From Gemmatimonadota bacterium (GTDB lineage: Bacteria; Gemmatimonadota; Gemmatimonadetes; Palauibacterales; KS3-K002): 64,000 bases of DNA. Where the stretch lies: NCBI GenBank assembly GCA_039586795.1, contig JBDHJS010000026.1, positions 25,727 to 89,726 of the forward strand, given 5' to 3'. This document shows positions 27,145 to 36,737 of the stretch, in pieces. The notes beneath the pieces are model-generated. The model ran no database searches. It was not told where the DNA came from and worked only from the letters and a program-made list of their open reading frames with translations. Position numbers and translations under genes: made by a program. Numbering within the stretch: position 1 is the first letter of the stretch; each line of letters starts with the position of its first letter.

Positions 27145-29538
27145 CTACTCCACCCTAAGCGCTTCCACCGGATCGACCTTCGTCGCGCGGCGCGCTGGGA
27201 AGTACGTCGCCACGATACCGGCGATCAACAGGGCGGCGGCCATGGAGCCGTAGATCAGCGGCTCGAAGGCGTCGACGCCATGCAGGAAGAAAGACAGTCC
27301 TCGCGCCATCCCGAACGCGACGGCCAACCCGACGACGATCCCAACAACGGCCAGAACCGTCCCCTGTCTGAGGATCATACCGATGACGTTGCGGTTCTGC
27401 GCGCCCAGCGCCATGCGAATCCCCATCTCCTGGCGACGCTGCGATACGGAATACGCCATCACACCGTAAACGCCGGCCAGAGCCAGGACGAGTGCGATTA
27501 CCGCGACAACGCTCATGATCTTGGCCATGATCGTATCGCCGCCCAGCGACTCGTCGATGATGTCGCTCAACGGCCGTATGCTGTACGCCGGGATGTTCGC
27601 ATCCAGCGCGCTGACCGTCGTTCGTATCGACTCGACAAGCGTCTCGAGGGGTACGCTTGCTTCGACTAGGTAGCCGAGGCTTCGGTCATCGTCCTGGTAA
27701 GCGGAGAAGTAGACCATCGGTCTTTGGCCGAGTGCAGTACTGGCGACACCCGAATTGGCGGCGACGCCGACGATCTCCGCACTGGAGTTGTAGAACTGGA
27801 TCTCGCGGCCGATCGGATCCTCGCCCGGCCAGTGGCGCTCCGCCATCGTCTGATTGATAACGATGGCTTGACGCGCGTCCATCCGATCCCTGTCATCGAT
27901 CCCACGACCACGTACGATGGGTATGTCCATCGCCTCGAAGTAGCCCGGCGTGACGTCCAGCCAATTCGTGACTTTGCGGTCGAGATCGCTGTTGATGTCG
28001 TCGCCGGGTAGCGAATAGTAGGTCCCACTGTTCCCTTGCGAGGGCAAGATCGTCGTCGCGCCCACGCTGACGACGCCCGGCAACGACGCGAGCCGTTCAG
28101 CAAGCTGCTCGTGAAAGGCGACGACCGTCAGGGTGTCGGGATACTCCTGCTGCGGCAACGCGACCCGGAACGCCAGGATGTCGCTTTCGTCGAAGCCGCG
28201 ATCGGCCAGCCGCACGTTATAGAACGCTTGCACCAAGAGCGCTGACGACACCAGCAACCCCAGCGCCAGCGATACCTCGCCCATGACCAGTCCTTTGCGC
28301 AGACGTGCGCCCCGGGCCGCCGTGCCGCCGCGTCCGCCTTCCTTCAACGACTCTACCGTGTTGGACCTCATGCTCTGAACCGTGGGCGCGATCCCGACAA
28401 GTACCGCACTCAGCATGGCGACAACGGCAGTGAACATCAAAACCCGGCCATCGAGTCCGATCTCGCTCACGCGTGGGAACCATGCGGGCATCAACGATAC
28501 GAGCCACCGAATGCCGAACACCGATATCACTACGCCGAGCACCCCGCCAACGACGGCCAGGATCAGTGCCTCGGTGAGAAATTGGCGTGCGATGCGGTAG
28601 CGGCCAGCGCCCAGCGCCGTGCGTACCGCCACCTCGCGCTCGCGCCCGGCGGCGTGGGTCAGCAGCAGGTTAGCCACGTTGGCACACGCGATCAGCAGCA
28701 AGAACAACACGGCAATCGTCGAGATCGTCGTACCTACCTTGAAGCCCTCGTCAAAGATGTCTTCGTGCAGAGTGATGACCGAGGCACCGTTCCCAGAGTT
28801 GTGCTCCGGGTACTCCGCGGCGAGCCGGTTGGCGATCCGCTCGGCCTCGTCGCGGGCCTGCGCCATCGTGTTGCCCGGATTCAGTCGGGACAGGGTCCAG
28901 AGGTAATGGCTGTTGCGATTCTCTTCGCCGCTTATCGCTAGTGGGACCCAGACGCCGTCATCGACGTTGGCGAACCAAAACCCGGCCGGCATCACGCCGA
29001 TCACGGTATGAGGTTCACCGTCCAGCAGGATCGTCGTACCCAAGATCCCGGGGTCGCCGCCGAAGCGACGCTGCCACAGCCCATCGCTGATCACCGCGAC
29101 ATGGTTCTGGCCTACGGTTTCCTCATCGATCGTGAAGCCGCGGCCCAGCGCCGGCTGAACGCCCAGAACTCGGAAGAAGTTGGAGCTCAGGCGTCTCCCA
29201 CCAACACGTTCTGGACGGTCGCCTTCCGAGAGGTTGAACGCGGCCCCCGTAGATGCGGCGATCTCCATCGTCTGGCTCTGCTCTCGGAAATCGACGAAGT
29301 CGGGGACCGAGAACGAAACCTGGTTCCACCCTCGTTCCTGGTTCGTCGTCCAGATGACGCCCAGGTCGTGCGACTCCGGGAACGGCAGCGGCCGCAACAT
29401 GAACACGTCGACGGCGCTGAAGATCGAGGTGTTCGCCCCGATCCCGACGGCCAGCGAGAGCACCGCGATGACGATGAGAAGGCCACCCCGGCGCAGCGAC
29501 CGGAAACCGTACTTGAGGTCCTGCCAGATTCTCTCCAT
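27145..29538 (-). CDS. ADOP-type duplicated MacB/FtsX ABC permease (no adjacent ATPase)
   Basis: WQDLKYG, LAVGIGANTSIFS, LLIACANVANL, REVAVRTALGA, EMGIRMALGA and PARRA..DP..ALR motifs. Confidence 0.9.
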   Translation of the reverse strand: MERIWQDLKYGFRSLRRGGLLIVIAVLSLAVGIGANTSIFSAVDVFMLRPLPFPESHDLGVIWTTNQERGWNQVSFSVPDFVDFREQSQTMEIAASTGAAFNLSEGDRPERVGGRRLSSNFFRVLGVQPALGRGFTIDEETVGQNHVAVISDGLWQRRFGGDPGILGTTILLDGEPHTVIGVMPAGFWFANVDDGVWVPLAISGEENRNSHYLWTLSRLNPGNTMAQARDEAERIANRLAAEYPEHNSGNGASVITLHEDIFDEGFKVGTTISTIAVLFLLLIACANVANLLLTHAAGREREVAVRTALGAGRYRIARQFLTEALILAVVGGVLGVVISVFGIRWLVSLMPAWFPRVSEIGLDGRVLMFTAVVAMLSAVLVGIAPTVQSMRSNTVESLKEGGRGGTAARGARLRKGLVMGEVSLALGLLVSSALLVQAFYNVRLADRGFDESDILAFRVALPQQEYPDTLTVVAFHEQLAERLASLPGVVSVGATTILPSQGNSGTYYSLPGDDINSDLDRKVTNWLDVTPGYFEAMDIPIVRGRGIDDRDRMDARQAIVINQTMAERHWPGEDPIGREIQFYNSSAEIVGVAANSGVASTALGQRPMVYFSAYQDDDRSLGYLVEASVPLETLVESIRTTVSALDANIPAYSIRPLSDIIDESLGGDTIMAKIMSVVAVIALVLALAGVYGVMAYSVSQRRQEMGIRMALGAQNRNVIGMILRQGTVLAVVGIVVGLAVAFGMARGLSFFLHGVDAFEPLIYGSMAAALLIAGIVATYFPARRATKVDPVEALRVE

Positions 29539-29587
29539 GACCCATCCTGCCGTAGAGGAAAGCACGTTGCCGACTAGCTTATGACAC

Positions 29588-29613
29588 TACGATCCGCCAA
29601 ACGCCGGGTTTCA
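29588..29613 (-). promoter_or_regulatory. ECF (SigW-like) promoter upstream of the permease
   Basis: TGAAAC-N16-CGTA, matching the B. subtilis SigW consensus. Confidence 0.55.
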
Positions 29614-29654
29614 GCCAGCACAGCCAGCACCGAGGTCGGCTGAGAAGCCGCTCG

Positions 29655-30395
29655 TCAGATATGCTCCAGCAGGAAGTCCGGCGTGAACTGGATCAGCCAA
29701 CCGGCCAGTATTGTGAACTTGCCGGTTACGAGCAGCAGTCCCACCAGAATCAACAGTATGCCGGCTACCCATTCCACGTAGCGGATATAGCGCCGGAACT
29801 TCTGGAACCATGTCAAGAAGGCCGTCAAAGCGACAGCGCTGAGGACGAAGGGGATTGCCAGGCCGAGGGAGTAAACGAAGAGTAGGGCTACGCCCTGGGT
29901 CACGCTGGCCGTGTTCGCCGCCAGCGTCAGGATGGCGCCGAGGATCGGGCCGATGCACGGGACCCAGCCCGCGCCGAAGGCCATGCCCACCGCCACCGTA
30001 CCGGCGTAGCCGACAGGCTTGTTCTGAAACTGGTATCGCTTCTCGCGACTGAGCAGCGGGATTGGGATCACGCCCAGCAACAGCAGCCCAAAGAAGATGA
30101 TGATGACGCCGCCGATCTGGGCCACCAGCACCTTGTGCTCGCGCAGCAGCTGCCCGATGGCGGTTGCGCCGGCGCCCATCGCCAGGAAGATCAGCGTGAA
30201 TCCGGCTACGAATAGCAGGGCGTGAACCAGAGTCACCTTCTTTACATCGCCGCCGCCCTGCTCCAGCTCCTCCATACCGAGTCCGGTGATGAACGAGACG
30301 TAGGACGGGACAAGTGGTAAAACGCAGGGACTCAGAAAGGAAAGAAGCCCGGCGAGAAACGCGACAAAGATCCCAATCGATGCGCCGTCTTGCAT
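29655..30395 (-). CDS. ccdA: Cytochrome c biogenesis protein CcdA
   Basis: SFLSPCVLPLVP and GWVPCIGP motifs; about 6 TM helices. Confidence 0.9.
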   Translation of the reverse strand: MQDGASIGIFVAFLAGLLSFLSPCVLPLVPSYVSFITGLGMEELEQGGGDVKKVTLVHALLFVAGFTLIFLAMGAGATAIGQLLREHKVLVAQIGGVIIIFFGLLLLGVIPIPLLSREKRYQFQNKPVGYAGTVAVGMAFGAGWVPCIGPILGAILTLAANTASVTQGVALLFVYSLGLAIPFVLSAVALTAFLTWFQKFRRYIRYVEWVAGILLILVGLLLVTGKFTILAGWLIQFTPDFLLEHI

Positions 30396-30398
30396 CTG

Positions 30399-31289
30399 TC
30401 AGCCTGCTTTAGCGGTTAGTGAATACCCGATCATCTTGTAGACCAGCTTGGCGGCCAGGAAATCTGGAGCCACCATACCCGGCAGCGGCGCCAGTTCGAC
30501 GACATCCGCAGCCACGACGTTCTTCTCCGCAAAGACCCGCCGCAACAACGTCATCGCTTGCGCCCATGTTCCACCCCCGGGCTCCGGGGTTCCCGTGGAA
30601 GGCATGTACGCGGGGTCGAAGAAATCGACGTCAAAGCTGATGTAGACATTGTCCGAGTCGAGTCCGTCCAACGCCCGGTCCATCCAATCGTCGTCAGCCA
30701 ATTGCTCACCGTAGACCATGGTCAGACCGAGTTCGTCGATCAGCTGCTTCTCTTCCCGATCGATAGCGCGAATGCCAACGCCTACCGGTCTGACTCGATC
30801 CACCACGCGCCGCATAACACAGGCATGGCTCCAGCGCGTTTCATGAAAGCTGTCGCGAAGGTCGGCGTGGGCATCGAACTGGAGTATCGCCAGATCATCG
30901 TTCAAGCGGTCGGCCCAGTGCAGAACCGGCACCTGAGTGATCGAGTGCTCTCCGCCCAGCATGATGACAAACGGACCATCGTTTCCGACTTCGTCGTAGC
31001 GCGAGCGCAGGTCCTGGAAAGCAGTCTCCGGGCCCGCCGCCGTGAGCTCGACCATCGGGTAGGTGTGAATACCGGCTCGGTAGGCCTCGACATCCAACTC
31101 GTGATCGTAGAGCTCGACGTGCCGGGATGCCTGCAAGATCGCCTCAGGCCCTCGGCGCGTTCCTTCCATATATGACGTCGTGGCCTCGTACGGAACAGGA
31201 AGCAAAGCGTATTTCGCTCGCTCCACCGCAGTCAGTTCTTTCCCCAGACCGAGGAAGGAGTAGGGATCTTCCCAGGAATAATCGGACAT
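30399..31289 (-). CDS. speB: Agmatinase (ureohydrolase family)
   Basis: GGEHS, DAHAD, SFDVD and TGTPEPGG motifs; adjacent to arginine decarboxylase. Confidence 0.88.
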   Translation of the reverse strand: MSDYSWEDPYSFLGLGKELTAVERAKYALLPVPYEATTSYMEGTRRGPEAILQASRHVELYDHELDVEAYRAGIHTYPMVELTAAGPETAFQDLRSRYDEVGNDGPFVIMLGGEHSITQVPVLHWADRLNDDLAILQFDAHADLRDSFHETRWSHACVMRRVVDRVRPVGVGIRAIDREEKQLIDELGLTMVYGEQLADDDWMDRALDGLDSDNVYISFDVDFFDPAYMPSTGTPEPGGGTWAQAMTLLRRVFAEKNVVAADVVELAPLPGMVAPDFLAAKLVYKMIGYSLTAKAG

Positions 31290-31297
31290 GGCTCCTG

Positions 31298-31855
31298 TCA
31301 GGGTAGGAGGACGGCCGCAGTGATGACGCTCACCCACTTGCCGTCGTCGGGGCCCTCGGCCGTTTGAGTGATGTTCTCGGTCTTGACGATCTTGCCCGAG
31401 ACTTTCCACTGGGCACGCTGTTCGTCCCAAGCGGTGTCCGAGTTAAACGGCACATCGAGGATCGTGGCCAGCATGCTCGCCGCGAGGTCTTCGGCGTAAT
31501 CGCCGGCGGTTTGGTCGCTCTGACCGTACTCGTGGTGCTCCGATAGATACCCGAATTGATTGGGATCCGCGGGGATTGCCACACCTATGCTGGCGGCAAT
31601 AAGCCGGCTCGGCTCGTTGGTATCGAGGCGCGACATAACCGCGAAGGTGATCTGGCCCGGCGTCAACAACTCCAGCCCCGCTTCCCTGCTTATCAACTCG
31701 CAGTGAGGTGGGAAGATGGAGGAGACGCTCACCAGATTGAAACGGGCGATCCGCGCCTGGCGCAAGGCCATTTCGAACGCGGAAAGTCTTTCGCGGTGGA
31801 TGCCAACGCCTCTTGTCAGAAAGATCTTCGTTGGGACAAATGGATTCATGGCCAC
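31298..31855 (-). CDS. pdaD: Pyruvoyl-dependent arginine decarboxylase
   Basis: [21 protein letters not shown] (Ser-Ser self-cleavage site); GYLSEHH. Confidence 0.9.
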   Translation of the reverse strand: MAMNPFVPTKIFLTRGVGIHRERLSAFEMALRQARIARFNLVSVSSIFPPHCELISREAGLELLTPGQITFAVMSRLDTNEPSRLIAASIGVAIPADPNQFGYLSEHHEYGQSDQTAGDYAEDLAASMLATILDVPFNSDTAWDEQRAQWKVSGKIVKTENITQTAEGPDDGKWVSVITAAVLLP

Positions 31856-31874
31856 GGCGGGTCAACCCTCATAG

Positions 31875-31911
31875 AAAAATGCGCGGCAAGTCGCTCGAAG
31901 GGGCCGCGCAT
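31875..31911 (-). terminator. Intrinsic terminator-like hairpin between fur and pdaD
   Basis: ATGCGCGGC...GCCGCGCAT followed by a T-run on the minus strand. Confidence 0.6.
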
Positions 31912-31986
31912 GAATGTAAAGGTCTACTGCCCGGCGTAAACCGGGTATTGATATTGTTAGCTATGCCGTACAACTCAGGTCAGGCG

Positions 31987-32424
31987 CTAGTGCTGGCAGT
32001 TCGGGCAGTACCCGATCAGCTCCAGCCGGTAGTCGAGGACCTCGAAACCGTCCTCGCTGTGGAGCCCACGGATCAATTCCGAATCATGCGAGCCCATCAC
32101 GTCACGTACTGATCCGCACTTCAAGCACCGGACGTGGTCGTGATCATCGGTACGACCGTCGTAGCGGGCCGGTCCGCCAGCAAGCTCGAGCTTCAATGCT
32201 ACACCGGACTCGACAAACGCTTCCAGCGCCTTGTAGACCGTCGCCAAGCTGAGGTCCGGAAGAACCTCTCTCACCTGGGTGAAGATCTCGTCAGCGGTGG
32301 GGTGCGTCTTGACGCCCTTGATGTAGCGGTAGATCGCCGCTCGCTGATTGGTGTGCCGGTGTCCGCTCGATTCGAGCGCTAACCGAAGCCTGTCCTGACT
32401 TGCACTTTTGGGCGCGACTTCCAT
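31987..32424 (-). CDS. Fur family transcriptional regulator (PerR-like)
   Basis: TNQR, HPTADEI, LATVYKAL, RYD..HDH..CLKCG and CPNC motifs. Confidence 0.9.
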   Translation of the reverse strand: MEVAPKSASQDRLRLALESSGHRHTNQRAAIYRYIKGVKTHPTADEIFTQVREVLPDLSLATVYKALEAFVESGVALKLELAGGPARYDGRTDDHDHVRCLKCGSVRDVMGSHDSELIRGLHSEDGFEVLDYRLELIGYCPNCQH

Positions 32425-32431
32425 CGCTCAG

Positions 32432-33073
32432 TTAACCGGGTTCTTGGGTTAGCTCGTCGGAGCCATTCTCGAACGAGGGTGACTCTATGATAGTACTGAA
32501 ACTAATCTCTCGCTTCAGAGCAGCGTCAATCTGTGCCGTACCCAGGGCGACCTTGGAGACCGTCCCATTACCGTTGCCATTGCCGTTGCCGTTGCCGTTC
32601 CCGTTGCCGTTGGCCAATCGGGTCAGTGCTTCTTCCCACGCGTCCATCCGACCGCCTACCTCGATTACCTGAGGCGTGCCCGCTTCGGCCAACCGGCCCA
32701 GCAGTCGGTCGGGGATATCGGAAACGAGGCTCTGCGGCGCGGTCCCCTGCTCCCTCACCCGCTGCACCCATTCGAACTCTTCGCTCTCCGGATCCGCAAA
32801 CTCCGCATCCACATGAGACGTCAGAATCCTCCTGCGGTCATCACCCCCGTCATAGCAGACAAGAATGACAAACTCGCAAGCCGCGTCTCGATCCGGGAGC
32901 GGTGGGAAGACCCACAGCTCGTCTATGGCAGCAGCGGGTATGTTGTCGGAGATCGCCTGGAGTCGCAGGTCAAGCGGCAAGGCCCGGTCCGGCCTGGACT
33001 GTCCGCTCATCCTCTTCTGAAGCATGCGACGCCTGGGATCATTCGTTCGTCTGTTCTTGCGTTGCCCGTACAC
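32432..33073 (-). CDS. Hypothetical protein with an (Asn-Gly)8 tract
   Basis: 213-aa ORF, GGAGG upstream, co-oriented with neighbours. Confidence 0.65.
   Translation of the reverse strand: MYGQRKNRRTNDPRRRMLQKRMSGQSRPDRALPLDLRLQAISDNIPAAAIDELWVFPPLPDRDAACEFVILVCYDGGDDRRRILTSHVDAEFADPESEEFEWVQRVREQGTAPQSLVSDIPDRLLGRLAEAGTPQVIEVGGRMDAWEEALTRLANGNGNGNGNGNGNGNGTVSKVALGTAQIDAALKREISFSTIIESPSFENGSDELTQEPG
32564..32611 (-). repeat. Hexanucleotide coding repeat (AAYGGN)x8
   Basis: Encodes (NG)8 with mixed synonymous codons. Confidence 0.85.
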
Positions 33074-33251
33074 CAGCCTCCACCTCCCTGCCCATCACAC
33101 AGGCGCACCAATACCCGGGTGGCCATTCCACCGGGTACACGCCCACCCCATGTGGGCTGCTAAACCCCGGCACCAGACCGAGATCCGGCCTGTCTCCACC
33201 CCGGATTACGCTTGAAAAATACCGCAGGACGGGCCTTGAGGAAAGAGGTTG

Positions 33252-34256
33252 TTAGCTGACTTCCCGAAGGGCGGCCCGACAGGCCTCCAGGACTCGCTCG
33301 GTGATCTCTCCGAGATCCCCAGCCACCGTTGCGCCGGCCGCCTTTTCGTGCCCGCCACCGCCGAACGCGCGGGCAACGGCGGCGACGTTGGCTGCCCCCG
33401 TCGATCGGAACGAGATCTTGATCTCGCCCCCGTTCATCTCGCGCAGCAGCACGGCGATTTCCGTGCCTTTCAGCTTGCGCAGATGGTCGATGACTTCCTC
33501 ATACTCATCCAGAGCCCCAAACTCACCGGCCACCGAGCGGTCGAGAGCGCTCCACGTGATTCCCAGCTCTTCATCGCGTTGCAGCCTTTCGATGGCGGCC
33601 TTTAGCGTGCCCAGTTCGGCGATGGTCAGGTTGGCGAACAGCGGCCTGTAGAGCTCCTCTGGATCCACGCCGGCCTCGATCAAGGCCGCTGCAACACGAT
33701 GGGCGTGAGGGGACGAATTGGAATACCGGAAGGAGCCGGTGTCGGTTACGAGTCCCACATACAACGACTGCGCTGTGTCGACGGACAATGGATCACCGGT
33801 CTGGAGCAGTACATCATAGACCAGCTCCGTCGTCGACGCGGCAACCGGATCGATGAGCTCAAGCCGCGCCTCGATATGGCGGGCGGCAACGGCGTGGTGA
33901 TCGATGACGATGGTGCGATCCGGCTCGTACCCCGGCTCGAACTTGCCCAGCCGCTCGGGTTGGGAAGCGTCGACGACCACCTGGACGTCGGCCGTGCGAA
34001 GAGCTTCCAGTCCCGTCTCATCCGGCGGCAACAGCTTCGCGCCGCTCGGTAGAAGAAAGCGGAAGCGTTCCGGCATCGGAGTGGCAGCGAGCAAACGAAC
34101 GTCGGCCCGCGTGCCGAAGTGGTGAGAGATAGCGCAGGTCGCGCCCCAGCCATCGCCGTCGCCGCCGACATGCGTACACACCGCGATCGATGTCGCCTTG
34201 CCGAGTTGTTCGGCGATACCGGTTGCTGCCTCGAGTCGGTGGGCCGGGGTCAGCAC
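33252..34256 (-). CDS. nrnA: DHH/DHHA1 bifunctional oligoribonuclease/pAp phosphatase (NrnA-like)
   Basis: H..GDGD, VIDHH, TDTGSF, SFRS and GGGHEKAAG motifs. Confidence 0.82.
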   Translation of the reverse strand: MLTPAHRLEAATGIAEQLGKATSIAVCTHVGGDGDGWGATCAISHHFGTRADVRLLAATPMPERFRFLLPSGAKLLPPDETGLEALRTADVQVVVDASQPERLGKFEPGYEPDRTIVIDHHAVAARHIEARLELIDPVAASTTELVYDVLLQTGDPLSVDTAQSLYVGLVTDTGSFRYSNSSPHAHRVAAALIEAGVDPEELYRPLFANLTIAELGTLKAAIERLQRDEELGITWSALDRSVAGEFGALDEYEEVIDHLRKLKGTEIAVLLREMNGGEIKISFRSTGAANVAAVARAFGGGGHEKAAGATVAGDLGEITERVLEACRAALREVS

Positions 34257-34273
34257 AACCCTCTTCGCCCCTC

Positions 34274-36010
34274 CTAACTTGACTGCTGCTTAAGCCGCTT
34301 TGCGACCTCGCGGTTCTCTTCCCACGGCTTCCGCTCGAAGTAGCTGAGTGTCAACTCCCGCACCTTCTTGTTGAGCAGCAGCAACGCCAACAGGTTCGGC
34401 AGAATGACAATGCCGAGGAACACATCGCCCAGCGTCCAGGCAACCGACAGCGTCAGGATGGCACCTACGAAGTGCATGACGACGAACACGAACTTGTACG
34501 GGAGCACTGCGTTGTGACCGAACAGATAATTCGCGCATCGATCGCCGTAGTAGCTCCACGCGATAGCCGTCGATATCGCGAACAGGAACACGCTCACCAC
34601 CACGATGAACATGCCCCAGTCGCCGGGTAGCCCACGCTGAAAGGCGAGCATCGTGAGTGGCGCACCGCTTTCGGCCGCATCGCCGTAGAGCGACGTGACC
34701 TCGATCCCGTCTTCGGTGATGGCAAGCTCGCGATCGGTATCGATCACGCCGTTGAATGGGCGGGTCTGTTCCTCGTCGCTGTAGAGCCTCTCGACGATGA
34801 CTTCATGCCAGGTCAGGAAGGCCGCGCCTTCACCGGCTTCGACATGACGACCGTCGGAGATCTGGATCCGGGCCGCATCGTCCAGGCCATCGTACCCGCC
34901 GCCCGCCTCCTCCACCACATATGAGATGTCGCCGCGATCGAGAGTGATCTCGGTGGGGATACGTACGTTCCACACGCCCGTCATGATGATGACCAGGCCC
35001 GTCATCGTGCAGATTACGATCGTATCGATGAACGGCTCGACGAGCGCGACCACGCCCTCCGAGACCGGCTCATCCGTCTTGGCCGCCGCGTGGGCAATGG
35101 GCGCCGATCCCTGTCCGGCCTCGTTCGAGAACAGGCCTCGCTTCACGCCCCAGATCATCGTTAGCAGAAAGACGCCGGCTCCCGATCCGGCGATGCTCGC
35201 CGTCGGATTGAACGCCTCGCGGAAGATCAGCCCGAATGTGGGAATCACCTGGTCGATATTCAGCAGGATGATAATGAGGGCGCCTAAAACGTAGATCGCC
35301 GCCATCGTCGGAGCGAGGATACCGGTCACCCGCCCAATACGCGTGATGCCACCGATGACGACCATGGCCACCACGCTGGCGGTCACCAGACCGCTGATCC
35401 AAACCGGAACGCCGAAGGTCGTGTTCAGCGTGTCCGCCACCGTGTTGGCCTGGATCGCGTTACCCGTCAGGAAGGCGGTCGTACCAAGCATGCCGGCAAA
35501 GAAGACGGCCAACGGCTTCCAGGACCTTCCCAGTCCGCGCTCGATGTAGTACATCGGGCCGCCGGATACTGTACCTTCCCACTTATGCGGGTCCATGTCC
35601 TGCCGCTCGACGTCGCGGTACCGCTGGGCCAGCGTAACCTCCGAATACTTCGTCGCCATCCCTACCAACGCCGTCACCCACATCCAGAACAGCGCACCGG
35701 GACCACCCCAGTGAATAGCGAGCGCAACACCGGCGATGTTGCCGATCCCGACTGTGGCTGAAAGCGCCGTGGTCAACGCCTGGAAATGGGATACGTCTCC
35801 GGGCTCGTTTGGGTCGTCGTACTTCCCCGAGGTAACTGCGAAGCCATGACCCAGCTTGCGAAGCTGCAAGAACCCGAGCCGGATCGTAAGGAACAATCCG
35901 GTCCCCAGGAGAGCGATCACGACCCACGGGATCTCTTGATCGCCGATGGGGATCCCGCGATCCCAGATATAAGAAGAGAGCGTATCGACGATGTTCTCGA
36001 AGAAGTCCAT
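34274..36010 (-). CDS. Sodium:alanine/glycine symporter (AGCS family)
   Basis: ATVGIGNIAGVA, GGPGALFWMW, GGPMYY, RGLFSNEAGQGS and DTIVICT motifs. Confidence 0.92.
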   Translation of the reverse strand: MDFFENIVDTLSSYIWDRGIPIGDQEIPWVVIALLGTGLFLTIRLGFLQLRKLGHGFAVTSGKYDDPNEPGDVSHFQALTTALSATVGIGNIAGVALAIHWGGPGALFWMWVTALVGMATKYSEVTLAQRYRDVERQDMDPHKWEGTVSGGPMYYIERGLGRSWKPLAVFFAGMLGTTAFLTGNAIQANTVADTLNTTFGVPVWISGLVTASVVAMVVIGGITRIGRVTGILAPTMAAIYVLGALIIILLNIDQVIPTFGLIFREAFNPTASIAGSGAGVFLLTMIWGVKRGLFSNEAGQGSAPIAHAAAKTDEPVSEGVVALVEPFIDTIVICTMTGLVIIMTGVWNVRIPTEITLDRGDISYVVEEAGGGYDGLDDAARIQISDGRHVEAGEGAAFLTWHEVIVERLYSDEEQTRPFNGVIDTDRELAITEDGIEVTSLYGDAAESGAPLTMLAFQRGLPGDWGMFIVVVSVFLFAISTAIAWSYYGDRCANYLFGHNAVLPYKFVFVVMHFVGAILTLSVAWTLGDVFLGIVILPNLLALLLLNKKVRELTLSYFERKPWEENREVAKRLKQQSS

Positions 36011-36055
36011 GTGTTCGCGCGGTTACAGGTTAGAACGGCCCAAAACGGTCGCGCT

Positions 36056-36084
36056 AGCTTAGACGCGGCCTTCCCCGGTGTCAA
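36056..36084 (-). promoter_or_regulatory. Sigma70 promoter of the AGCS symporter
   Basis: TTGACA-N17-TAAGCT. Confidence 0.65.
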
Positions 36085-36095
36085 CTCTCGCCATA

Positions 36096-36737
36096 CTAGT
36101 GGGGGAGAAACTTCGCCGCGGTGGAAGCAAGGTGAACGAGGTAGCTCGAGTAGCGCCCAACGACCCGCCCGGAGCGCAGCGCCTCCAGAAAGCCATCCAC
36201 TCCTTCGTACTCGGGGACCTCGATCACGCCGCGGCCAATCTCGCGCAACGTATGGGCATCCGAACCGGCGCCGCCTGGAAGTTGGCGCTCGTCCGCCCAG
36301 CGGCGCGCCTTCTCGTTAAGGTGCGGCTTGTGGATGCGAGCGTTGAAGACCTCCACGACGTCTACGTACTCCTCGATGGCTCCCAACACGTCTGGCCCCA
36401 GACCCTTGCCACCCGCGAAGGGATGAGGAACGTAAACCAAGCCGCCCTGTTCTTTGATCGCCCGTACGGTCTCGAGTGCCGGTGTTCCCTTCGGAATCTT
36501 CTCTGAGATGAAGAGCCCCGTTAAGTCGACGCCCTCGGCCGTCTTAACTTCTTCACCGACGATGACCATTTCCGGGGCCATGTCGCGGCAACGGAAAGCG
36601 CCCTCGATCTCGTTGTGGTCGGTGATGGCGATGCGATGGAGGCCACGCTCTCTGGCGGCGTTGACAACTTCGCCGTAGTCGCTGAGGCAGTCGTGCGAGG
36701 CCTTTGTGTGTATGTGGAGGTCGAGACGTAGGGTCAT
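36096..36737 (-). CDS. PHP domain phosphoesterase
   Basis: DLHIHT..SHD, ITDHN, PHPF and GSDAH motifs; ATGA overlap with coaE. Confidence 0.85.
   Translation of the reverse strand: MTLRLDLHIHTKASHDCLSDYGEVVNAARERGLHRIAITDHNEIEGAFRCRDMAPEMVIVGEEVKTAEGVDLTGLFISEKIPKGTPALETVRAIKEQGGLVYVPHPFAGGKGLGPDVLGAIEEYVDVVEVFNARIHKPHLNEKARRWADERQLPGGAGSDAHTLREIGRGVIEVPEYEGVDGFLEALRSGRVVGRYSSYLVHLASTAAKFLPH

Noticed and set aside
36010..36096. Glycine riboswitch ahead of the AGCS symporter
   Set aside because: The gap is only ~85 bp, occupied by a sigma70 promoter, with no GGAGA/CCGAAG/CTCTCAGG motifs
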